The position numbers were made by a program, and so were the translations under genes. Below are positions 8,604 to 16,985 of a stretch of DNA of 64,000 nucleotides, one piece after another (the first letter of the stretch is position 1; every line of letters starts with the position of its first letter). Origin of the DNA: Longimicrobiales bacterium (GTDB lineage Bacteria; Gemmatimonadota; Gemmatimonadetes; Longimicrobiales; RSA9). The notes under the pieces are model-generated. The model ran no database searches and had not been told where the DNA came from. It saw nothing but the letters and a program-made list of their open reading frames with translations. The stretch covers positions 11,964 through 75,963 of the forward strand of contig DATHUY010000145.1 in the NCBI GenBank assembly GCA_035461765.1, written 5' to 3'.

Positions 8604-10202
8604 TCAGCAGCGGGGCAGGTTCACCGGGCAGCGGTGATACTGTGGGGCAGGCGCGGCTCCCTGTCCACCCACACCGCCAAACGTATAGAGTGGCAGCCCG
8701 AGGTTCTCGATCTCGATGCCGCTCACCGGGAAGTGCAGCAGCGTGCCCTCCATGAGCCGGTTGAGGCCGCGTGCATCCCACCACATGATGGTCCCTTCGA
8801 TGCCCATGTTCTCCAGGTTGCGCTCGTGCATCAGCGCATCCCACAGGCTTCCGCACTCTCCCGTCACTTTGCGCGGCACACACGCAGCATCGTCGGGCGG
8901 GCCGTCCAGCGTGACCGGTGGCAGCTGACCGTTGGCCACGCGGGTGGCGTTGATGAGCGGCACGGCTTCCGCCGCGCGGTTGAGACGGATCAGCGCTTCC
9001 GCCTTGAGCAGGTCCATCTCGGTACGGCTGATCGTGACCTGTGGTCCGGTGAAATAGCTGTCACCGAGACCGTCGCGGTGCCAGTAGTAGTGCGACCAGC
9101 GGTACGTGCCACGGGATGCAGGCCAGATGTTGTCAGTTGCATACCCGAAATACAGTCCTTCATCGGCCGGACCCGCAGCGCCATGGATGCGGCGGTCGGG
9201 AGTCGCGATCCGGAACGGCATCCGGTCCTCCGATGTCGTCTGGAACCAGGCCTGGAACGCCCCGGACGTATCGGCCGGCCCGATAGCCATGTAATCCGGC
9301 CTGATGTGGTCGGACGCCCGTGCGCGGACACGTGAGTACAGGCGCCGCATGTTGCTCTCCCACACGTCCAGCAGCCCTTCGGGTGCGAAGTCCGACGTGA
9401 TACCTGCATCAATGCGACGGAGTACCTCGTTCCAGTCCACGGCCGCACGTTCATCCCACGAGCGCGGCTCGTAGGCGAGCAGTCGTGCCGCGTAGGAATT
9501 GATGACCCGGATCAGGTCATCATCGGAGAGGGCAACACCGTTGACCCAGTCTGGGGTCGGCGGCGTCGTGAACGAGCTGGCCTCCGCGATGGCAATGGCC
9601 TCATCGAGCATGACGAGCGCAGAGTCCACGACCTCTGCATACGGCTGGAACGCCGTCGGATCCATCAGCTCGAGGTCCGTGTTCTCATCGACGATGAGTG
9701 CCTGGTCGTAGTACAGCCCCAGGTAGCCGAGCGTGATGCCCTGCACGAACTTCGCAAACGCACGAGCGCGCGGCGTCTCGTCCGCACCCTGGTTCCCCGT
9801 CGTGATCGCGAGCCCGTCATCGATTGCGCCGAGCGCATCGTTCACGTTGGACAGCACCGGATAGAGCCGGCTCCACGGTGCGCGCCCGACGAAGCCGCGC
9901 GTGTTGAGCGGACTGGCGTCAAAGATCGAACGCGGCTCCGTCGTAACATCGTGCACGCCGAAGTCGAAGAACCCACCGGTCAGGTTGTCCGCCATGGCGG
10001 CCGTCGGCAGGCCCGGGTTCGTCTGTTGCGCATTGTCGAAGTACTGCTGATACGACGTCGAGATCAGCGTCTGGACGTCCTGCGGGTTCGACAGCACGCG
10101 GACCCGGTCCGGCTCATTCGGGTTGGATACGTCGAGATCGGCGCACCCACCCAGCAGCACGGCAGTGACCGCGGTCGCTGTGAATGTTCGAATAGTCACC
10201 AT
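8604..10202 (-). CDS. RagB/SusD-family nutrient-binding outer-membrane lipoprotein
   Basis: Lipobox LLGGCAD. Size and position (6 nt downstream of the SusC-like gene) and overall SusD-like sequence character. No single diagnostic motif. Confidence 0.75.
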   Translation of the reverse strand: MVTIRTFTATAVTAVLLGGCADLDVSNPNEPDRVRVLSNPQDVQTLISTSYQQYFDNAQQTNPGLPTAAMADNLTGGFFDFGVHDVTTEPRSIFDASPLNTRGFVGRAPWSRLYPVLSNVNDALGAIDDGLAITTGNQGADETPRARAFAKFVQGITLGYLGLYYDQALIVDENTDLELMDPTAFQPYAEVVDSALVMLDEAIAIAEASSFTTPPTPDWVNGVALSDDDLIRVINSYAARLLAYEPRSWDERAAVDWNEVLRRIDAGITSDFAPEGLLDVWESNMRRLYSRVRARASDHIRPDYMAIGPADTSGAFQAWFQTTSEDRMPFRIATPDRRIHGAAGPADEGLYFGYATDNIWPASRGTYRWSHYYWHRDGLGDSYFTGPQVTISRTEMDLLKAEALIRLNRAAEAVPLINATRVANGQLPPVTLDGPPDDAACVPRKVTGECGSLWDALMHERNLENMGIEGTIMWWDARGLNRLMEGTLLHFPVSGIEIENLGLPLYTFGGVGGQGAAPAPQYHRCPVNLPRC

Positions 10203-10208
10203 ATCCTC

Positions 10209-13200
10209 CTAGAACCGGATCTCGAGACCGGCAGTCAACGTGCGGAACTGCGGATATACGAAGTCGTCCATGCGTGAGAGCGGCGTCCCGGCTTCGGGAT
10301 CGTAGCCCTTGTAATCGGACCAGGTGAATACGTTCCGGCCGATGGCGAAGACGGTGAGTCCGTCGATGCCCAGACTGCCGAGTCGGTCCAGCGCCGTCTG
10401 CGGTACGCGGTAGCGGAGTGACAGCTCGCGCAGCTTGATGAAGCTGGCGTCTTCCACGAACCACTCGTTCACCAGGTTGGACGCATACAGAACCGAGTAG
10501 TAATCGGTCGTCTTCTTGAGCTCATCCGGGCGGCCGGATTGATCGGTGTCGCCGCTGCGGAAGTACTGATACATGCGCTGGTTCGTGCGGTTGTAGATGT
10601 CGCCGCCCACCTGTGCATTGAGCAGGCCGTACAGTGTGAAGTCGCGCCACTGCAGGTTCGACGAGAAGCCCCAGTTGAAGTCGGGGTTCGTGTCGCCGAT
10701 GCGGGTGACGGCGGAACTGCCCGCATCGTCGAGCGCGAGGATCGGCATGCCCCAGCTGTACGTGGCGTCGGCATCCGCAGACGTCGTGCCCCACTGCTGA
10801 TTGCGATAGTCACCACCGGGACCGACCCAGACCAGCAGACCGTCATCATTGACCTGGAACTCGTCCGCAGGCACGGGTGCACCTGCCGGCAGTTCCGATG
10901 TGCCGCGGATGAAGCGTGTGCCGTACATGGTGCCGATCGTCTCACCGGCGCAGCGATAGAACGCGCTGGCCGTGCCCGTACGGAAGCAGCGGCGATCGAA
11001 CTCCGTGATCTCATGGCGCGACCGGTCGGCCACGAACCCGAGCGTCAGGCGCAGGCCGGGCCGCTCGATCGCCGTCGCCTCGATCGTGCCCTCCCAGGTG
11101 CGGCCCTCGACGGTACCCGCGTTCTGCCACTGGCTGGAGAAGCCGAAGCCGGCCGGCAGCGGGATCAGGATCAGCTGATCCTCGGTCGTGGTGCGTGCGT
11201 GGGTCAGCTGCACTGACACGCGGTTGCGGATGATGGCGTCGACACCGACCTCGTGTTCCGTGCTCCGCTCCGGCTTCAGGAATCGGTTGCCCAGCGTGCC
11301 CTTATCGAGACCGCCGCCCGCCGTGAAGTTGTACGTCTCGTAGCGGTCACCGAACGAGGGCCGGCCGCCTGCGGTGCCGACCGAGTACCGCAGCTTGAGC
11401 TCGTCGATCGCCTCGACCGTCCACCACGGCTCCTCCGCGACGCGCCATGCGCCGCTGCCGCGGTAGTACGTATGCCACTGCTCCTCGGGACCGAACAGCG
11501 AGCTGCCGTCGCGGCGCACGAGCGCGTCCACGATGTAGCGACCCTTGTAGTCCACATTGGCGGCTGCGAAATAACCCTGTGCGAGGATTTCCTCTGTCGA
11601 CCCGCCGACATTCGGGATCGTGCCGGCGTTCAGGTCGGGCACCCCCTCGACGCTCAGACCGGCCGCACTGGATGAGAAGAACTCGTAGTCCTCCTGCTCC
11701 GCGAGTGCGCGCAGCGTGAGACGTGTCGAGAAATCGTTCCAGCTGCGCCGCAGCTGCGCGCTGACGGATCCGTTCAGCGCGGTGGTGATGCCGTTGCCGC
11801 GCTCCACGATACCCTGCTGCCAGGACGAAACGTTCGTGTTGCGGCCGCGCGGGAAATAGAACCGCGTCAGGCGGTCGGACCGGTCGTAGCTCACGTTCGC
11901 ATCGATGCTCAGCCAGCCGCGCGGCGACCAGCGCAGATCGGAGCTGGCGAGAGTGCGGGCGCGCTGCTCATCGTTGTCCGCCGTCACCAGCTCGTAGAGC
12001 GGGTTCGGTGTGACGCCGAGCAGGTCCGGCTCGAAGATGTACTGTGTGCCATCCGGATCAGGCTGCAGCAGGTCCACGTCGGGCGCCTGCTGCACCAGCT
12101 GGAAGAACGTCTCGCCCGGCAGCTCCTCGCGGGTCGAGCGCATGTGGAAACCGCTGAAACTGAACTGCAGGTTCGCACCGATCCGGTGATCGAGATTGAG
12201 CCGCAGGTCATTGCGGTCGTAGCCGCCGTGGTCGAGCACCACGCCGTCCGCCTGGTGATTGCCGAACGACGCAAAGAAGTTCGTGTCGTCCGAGCTGCGC
12301 GCCAGCGTCACGGAGTTGACCATGAAGTTGCCCGGCTCGAAGAACTGCTCGATGTGATCGAATGTGGGATCAGCGTAGGCGACGTCGAGGTAGCGCTCGC
12401 TGACCGGACGCTCCACCCGATCGACGCGTGCAACGACGTTGCCACCTGCATCCACGTATTGTCCCTGCGCGTTCGTCAGGTACTGGTGATGCGTGGCCAG
12501 GTCGATCTCCCGGTTGAGCGAGCTCGAGCCGATCTCGCTGCGCACCGTGAACTGCGTCTGCCCCGATGCCAGACCCGCGCCGCGTCGGGTCCTGATCTGG
12601 ATGACGCCGGCCGCGGCCCGCGATCCGTAGAGCGACGCGGCTGCGGCGCCCTTCACGACCTCGATGCTCTCGATGTCGAGCGAGGAGAGGTCCGTGGTCG
12701 ACCGGCCGAACGTGCTGGCGAGGATCACACCATCAACGACGATGAGCGGTGAGTTGCTCTTGTTGATGCTGGTGGGCGTGCGCAGGATGATGTTGATGCC
12801 TGCGCCCGGCTGTGCCGGTGTGGTTGAAGAGACACCGGAGATGCGGCCCTGGAGGGAGCTGATGGCGTTCGCCGGCGGCACCTGCAGGTTCTCACCGCTC
12901 ACACGAGCCACGGTGAACGGCACACGGCGGGCCGATGTCGGATCGGCGACGCCCGTCGCCACGATCTCGTCGAGTGTGAGCGCGCTGGTTCGCATGACGA
13001 AATCGACGGTAACGGTGCCGTCATCCCGGACGCGCACATTCTCCTGCGTCACGTCAGCGTAACCGAGGCGGGAGGCGCGCAGCGTGTAAAGCCCTTCGGG
13101 CACGCCGCTGATCACGTAATCGCCCTGGGCATTCGTCACCGCATTGAACGTCGTGCCCGTAACGCTGACCTGCGCGACATCGACCGGCTCGCCGGACTCG

Positions 13201-13379
13201 GCGGTAGTGATACGACCACGGATAGTGCCGGCGCGGACGTCGACAGTGAGTTCGATTTTGGGCGGTGCGTTGAGCTCCGGCTTCCAGACATTTGAATTAC
13301 CGCCGACATCGGCAGCTGCGTCCGTAGCCTGAAGCCAGCATGCGGCGCACAATGCGACCGCGCAGGCTCGTGGGGTCAT
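10209..13379 (-). CDS. SusC/RagA-family TonB-dependent outer-membrane receptor with a CarboxypepD_reg N-terminal domain
   Basis: N-terminal carboxypeptidase-regulatory-like domain (TIRGRITTAESGEPV...YTLRASRLGYADV). Plug region (IESIEVVKGAAAASLYGSRAAAGVIQIRTRRG). C-terminal aromatic residue (...LEIRF). Confidence 0.9.
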   Translation of the reverse strand: MTPRACAVALCAACWLQATDAAADVGGNSNVWKPELNAPPKIELTVDVRAGTIRGRITTAESGEPVDVAQVSVTGTTFNAVTNAQGDYVISGVPEGLYTLRASRLGYADVTQENVRVRDDGTVTVDFVMRTSALTLDEIVATGVADPTSARRVPFTVARVSGENLQVPPANAISSLQGRISGVSSTTPAQPGAGINIILRTPTSINKSNSPLIVVDGVILASTFGRSTTDLSSLDIESIEVVKGAAAASLYGSRAAAGVIQIRTRRGAGLASGQTQFTVRSEIGSSSLNREIDLATHHQYLTNAQGQYVDAGGNVVARVDRVERPVSERYLDVAYADPTFDHIEQFFEPGNFMVNSVTLARSSDDTNFFASFGNHQADGVVLDHGGYDRNDLRLNLDHRIGANLQFSFSGFHMRSTREELPGETFFQLVQQAPDVDLLQPDPDGTQYIFEPDLLGVTPNPLYELVTADNDEQRARTLASSDLRWSPRGWLSIDANVSYDRSDRLTRFYFPRGRNTNVSSWQQGIVERGNGITTALNGSVSAQLRRSWNDFSTRLTLRALAEQEDYEFFSSSAAGLSVEGVPDLNAGTIPNVGGSTEEILAQGYFAAANVDYKGRYIVDALVRRDGSSLFGPEEQWHTYYRGSGAWRVAEEPWWTVEAIDELKLRYSVGTAGGRPSFGDRYETYNFTAGGGLDKGTLGNRFLKPERSTEHEVGVDAIIRNRVSVQLTHARTTTEDQLILIPLPAGFGFSSQWQNAGTVEGRTWEGTIEATAIERPGLRLTLGFVADRSRHEITEFDRRCFRTGTASAFYRCAGETIGTMYGTRFIRGTSELPAGAPVPADEFQVNDDGLLVWVGPGGDYRNQQWGTTSADADATYSWGMPILALDDAGSSAVTRIGDTNPDFNWGFSSNLQWRDFTLYGLLNAQVGGDIYNRTNQRMYQYFRSGDTDQSGRPDELKKTTDYYSVLYASNLVNEWFVEDASFIKLRELSLRYRVPQTALDRLGSLGIDGLTVFAIGRNVFTWSDYKGYDPEAGTPLSRMDDFVYPQFRTLTAGLEIRF

Positions 13380-13410
13380 CCGTCTGCCTCCTCCTCAAGG
13401 TCATTCTATT

Positions 13411-13438
13411 TTGCAACCCGATATGGCCCTGCTATAGT
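13411..13438 (+). promoter_or_regulatory. Candidate sigma-70-type promoter for the NhaC-like gene
   Basis: TTGCAA (13411-13416), 16-nt spacer, TATAGT (13433-13438), in an unusually AT-rich patch about 60 nt upstream of the ATG at 13499. Confidence 0.4.
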
Positions 13439-13498
13439 ATCGCCCAGCGCGCCCGGGCGATACGCTACGGGGCCGAGTTCCTGCCGCGGAGCGACGAA

Positions 13499-15076
13499 AT
13501 GCAAACGAAGCCTCCCGAGCTGCCCGACATCGATCCGATCGACGCCGAAGACGTTACATCGCAGCCCGGGCGCGTGCAGCGCTGGGTGACAGCGGGGGCG
13601 GTCGTGGCTGTCCTGCTGCTGCTGTGGGCCTTCGCCGCGGGCGAGCTGCCCGACGAGGGGCAGCACATCGGATTCTGGAGCCTGCTTCCTGCCGCGACCA
13701 CGCTCCTGCTCGTGTTCATCACCCGTGAGGTCGTGTCCTCCCTGTTCGCGGGTATCGCCGTTGCCGGCGTGGTCAGCGGAGAGCTCAACATCGTGAGCAA
13801 CTTTCTGCTGCCTGCCATCGGCAGCGAGCAGTACGCGCTCATTCTCCTCGTCTACCTGTGGGCGCTGGGCGGCCTCATCGGACTGTGGACGCGTACGGGC
13901 GGGGCGCTCGCGTTCGCGGAGTGGGCGGGCTCGCGCATCGTGCACGGGCCGCGCTCCGCTCGTTTCTTCGCGTGGCTCATGGGCATGGTCTTCCATCAGG
14001 GCGGCACAATCTCGACCGTGCTGGCGGGCACGACGGTGCGGCCGGTCACGGACCGACATCGAGTTTCGCATGAGGAACTCACTTATGTCGTCGACTCGAC
14101 GGCATCGCCGGCAGCCACGGTCGTACCGTTCAATGCGTGGCCGCTCTATGTCGGCGGCCTGGTCGTGGGCACGATTCCACTCTTCGCGACGACTCAGGAC
14201 GCCGTATCGTTCTTCTTCGCGGCCCTGCCGTACAATTTCTATGGGATTTTCGCGATCACATCGACACTTCTGTTCGCGCTGGGTCTGCTGCCGTGGACGG
14301 GCGGGAAGATGAAGCGGGCGATGGAACGTGCACGAACGACGGGCGAGCTGAATGCGCCGGGCGCGAAGCCGCTGGCCGCGGATGAGCTGACGCAGCTGCA
14401 GATACCGGACAACTACCGCACGGGTCTGATCGATTTCATGGCGCCGATGGGCGCACTGCTCGGTGTGGCGATCGTGCCCTATATCCTCTCGCGCCTGGCG
14501 GGCGAGCAGGGAAGCGTCTACATCGCGGAAGCGTTCGGCATCGCGGTGCTGGTCGCGTTCATTGTGGCGATTGCGAAGGGACTGCCGCTGCGCGAGGCCA
14601 TGGACGGGTTCATTGACGGCTGCAAGGGCGTAACCATCGGAGCGGTGATCCTGGGCCTGGCCGTGACTCTCGGTTATGTATCGGGCCAGCTCGGCACAGC
14701 GAACTTCATTGTCGAGGCCACGAGCGCGATCATCAATCCCGTGTTCCTGCCCGCGATCCTGATGGGGATCTGCATGGCAGTGGCGTTCTCGATCGGTTCA
14801 TCCTGGGGTACCTACGCCGTCGTGTTCCCGCTGGCGATGCCGCTTGCCTGGGCCGTGAATCCCGACCCGACATACATCTCCGTCTGCTTCGGTGCGGTGC
14901 TGGGCGGCGCTGTGTTCGGCGACCAGTGCTCGCCGATCTCGGACACCACCATTCTCTCATCGCTGGCGTGCGGCGGCGATCTCATGGATCACGTCACGAC
15001 GCAGCTGCCGCTCGCGCTCGCCGCCGCTACGCTGGCGGCGGTCACGGCCACTCTGGTGGCCATGACGATCGTGTGA
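13499..15076 (+). CDS. Na+/H+ antiporter NhaC-family membrane transporter
   Basis: Polytopic membrane protein with NhaC-like blocks (VLAGTTVRPVTDRHRVSHEELTYVVDSTASP, GDQCSPISDTTILSS). Start trimmed to the ATG at 13499 to remove overlap with the SusC start. Confidence 0.7.
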   Translation: MQTKPPELPDIDPIDAEDVTSQPGRVQRWVTAGAVVAVLLLLWAFAAGELPDEGQHIGFWSLLPAATTLLLVFITREVVSSLFAGIAVAGVVSGELNIVSNFLLPAIGSEQYALILLVYLWALGGLIGLWTRTGGALAFAEWAGSRIVHGPRSARFFAWLMGMVFHQGGTISTVLAGTTVRPVTDRHRVSHEELTYVVDSTASPAATVVPFNAWPLYVGGLVVGTIPLFATTQDAVSFFFAALPYNFYGIFAITSTLLFALGLLPWTGGKMKRAMERARTTGELNAPGAKPLAADELTQLQIPDNYRTGLIDFMAPMGALLGVAIVPYILSRLAGEQGSVYIAEAFGIAVLVAFIVAIAKGLPLREAMDGFIDGCKGVTIGAVILGLAVTLGYVSGQLGTANFIVEATSAIINPVFLPAILMGICMAVAFSIGSSWGTYAVVFPLAMPLAWAVNPDPTYISVCFGAVLGGAVFGDQCSPISDTTILSSLACGGDLMDHVTTQLPLALAAATLAAVTATLVAMTIV

Positions 15077-15119
15077 CACGAGCCACTGCCCAGCTGCCAC
15101 GCGGCGGCGTGTTCACACG

Positions 15120-16985
15120 CTAGTACCCCCGCGGCTGGCCGTCGTGGCGCGGGTCGGACACGGCGATCCAGCGGTCGCCGCTGCGTACGATCATGTACAG
15201 GCGTGCATAGCTGCCTGACTCCGACGCGGGGTCGTATCCCATGCGGCGGATGTCCGCGAGCAGGTCCGGCGGGAACCCGTGCTCGAGCTGCACACGCGGA
15301 TTGGCGGGCGACGGATAGATGCGCGGCATGCGGAGCGCGTCGATGGGGTCCATTCCGTAATCGAGCACATACACCATCGTCTGTGCGATCTCGGTCGGGA
15401 TGCGCCCCGATCCGGGCGCGCCGGTGACGAGTCGCACGCGTCCGTTCTCGACTACGATGGTCGGCGCGATCGTCGACGTGCGCGTCCGCCAGCTGGAGCT
15501 GCCTCCGGTCGTCGTCTCCTCCGTGCGGAAGCGGAATCCGGAATCGTTCAGGAAGAATCCCGCCACCCACGCCCCCGAGCCGAAGATGGTGCTGTTCGTC
15601 TGTGTGAGCGCGACTGCATTGCCATTCGCGTCCACGACGGACAGATGCGTCGTCTCGCCGGTCGCGGCTGCCGTCGTCTCGACATCCGCGGCAGACGTCG
15701 CAGGCATCTGCGTGTCCTCGTCGAACGACGGAACCGGCGGGGTCTCGCCTGCATCGCCGGACTGCGGCGGGCGCGGCGCATCGATGGGCCATGGCCTCAG
15801 TGCAGCGCATGCAGCGGCGGGCTGTGCACTCTCGTGGGCTCGGGCATCCATCGCCGTGATGGTGGCGGGCGCCGAGCCCGTGCCGACCAGCGCACGACGT
15901 TGCACGGCGAAAGCCTCCGACACGCGGCCGGCAGCGGGCACTGCGCTCCAGCGCGGGTCGTCGTTGCCGCGATTGTCCGCCTGCGCGACGCGCAGCGCCG
16001 ACACCATGACATCGAACGCCCGCGCCGACTGGGTGGGAAGGCCGAGCGCAGCCATGTCGAACGGCTCGAGCAGCTTCAGCGTATGCAGCAACTGTGCGCC
16101 GGTCTGCGGCGGCGGCGCTGACAGTACCACGCGGCCGTCGTATGTGGTGCACAACGGCCGCTTCCACTGCGGTTCGAACGAGCTCAGATCCTGCAGTGTC
16201 GCGGGGTGCCCGGCGGCGTTCAGCACCGCGACGATCCCGCGGCCGGCTTCGCCTTCATCGAATCCGGCGCGGCCGCGCGTCGCGATCGCTCGCAGTGTCG
16301 CTGCGAGCGCGGGGTTCCTGTAGATGTCGCCGGGGGAGAGCGCCTCACCGCCCGGCCACATCTGATCGCGGCCGTCAGCGAACCGGTGCAGCTTTGCGGA
16401 ATCGGAGCGGATGAACTGCGCCAGGATCTGACCGATGGGAAACCCGTTCTCGGCGATCCGTATGGCGGGTGCGAGCACCTGCGCGAGCGGCAGCGAGCCG
16501 AAGCGCCGGTGCGCCTCCAGCAGCCCGGGCACCTCGCCGGGTATGCCGACGATGCGCAGGTCGGGTCCCTCGATGTCACCCGTCCGCCCACGGAACGACG
16601 CCGCGTTCTGCATCGCGTAGAAGTCGAGGTAATACGGCTGCTGCTCACCCTGCTGCCAGATCAGCATCGAGCCGCTCCCGCCGAGGCCGGACATCTGCGG
16701 CTCGACGACACCGATCGCGAACGCGGTCGCGATGGCCGCATCTACGGCGTTACCCCCGCCTTGCAGGATCTCCACACCGGCCTCACTCGCGAGCGCGTTT
16801 GCGGATGCGACGGCGCCATGGCGCGCCTCGACACGCTTGAGCGCATCGGCCGGCGCCACGACATGCGTCGCGGTGGCAGCGGGAGAAGGGTTCTGGAGCG
16901 TGGCCGCAGGAGCACACGCTCCCACGCTCACGAGACAGACAGTCAGCAGAACGGGACGCAGGTCCAGCATGATTGTTCCTCTCAC
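15120..16985 (-). CDS. ggt: Gamma-glutamyltranspeptidase (Ntn hydrolase)
   Basis: Autoprocessing/nucleophile motif GETTHLSVVDANGNAVALTQTNS, plus GGGNAVDAAIA, MSGLGGSG and TGAPGSGRIPT. Signal peptide with VGACAP. Start overlaps the upstream acylase stop by 4 nt. Confidence 0.85.
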   Translation of the reverse strand: MRGTIMLDLRPVLLTVCLVSVGACAPAATLQNPSPAATATHVVAPADALKRVEARHGAVASANALASEAGVEILQGGGNAVDAAIATAFAIGVVEPQMSGLGGSGSMLIWQQGEQQPYYLDFYAMQNAASFRGRTGDIEGPDLRIVGIPGEVPGLLEAHRRFGSLPLAQVLAPAIRIAENGFPIGQILAQFIRSDSAKLHRFADGRDQMWPGGEALSPGDIYRNPALAATLRAIATRGRAGFDEGEAGRGIVAVLNAAGHPATLQDLSSFEPQWKRPLCTTYDGRVVLSAPPPQTGAQLLHTLKLLEPFDMAALGLPTQSARAFDVMVSALRVAQADNRGNDDPRWSAVPAAGRVSEAFAVQRRALVGTGSAPATITAMDARAHESAQPAAACAALRPWPIDAPRPPQSGDAGETPPVPSFDEDTQMPATSAADVETTAAATGETTHLSVVDANGNAVALTQTNSTIFGSGAWVAGFFLNDSGFRFRTEETTTGGSSSWRTRTSTIAPTIVVENGRVRLVTGAPGSGRIPTEIAQTMVYVLDYGMDPIDALRMPRIYPSPANPRVQLEHGFPPDLLADIRRMGYDPASESGSYARLYMIVRSGDRWIAVSDPRHDGQPRGY

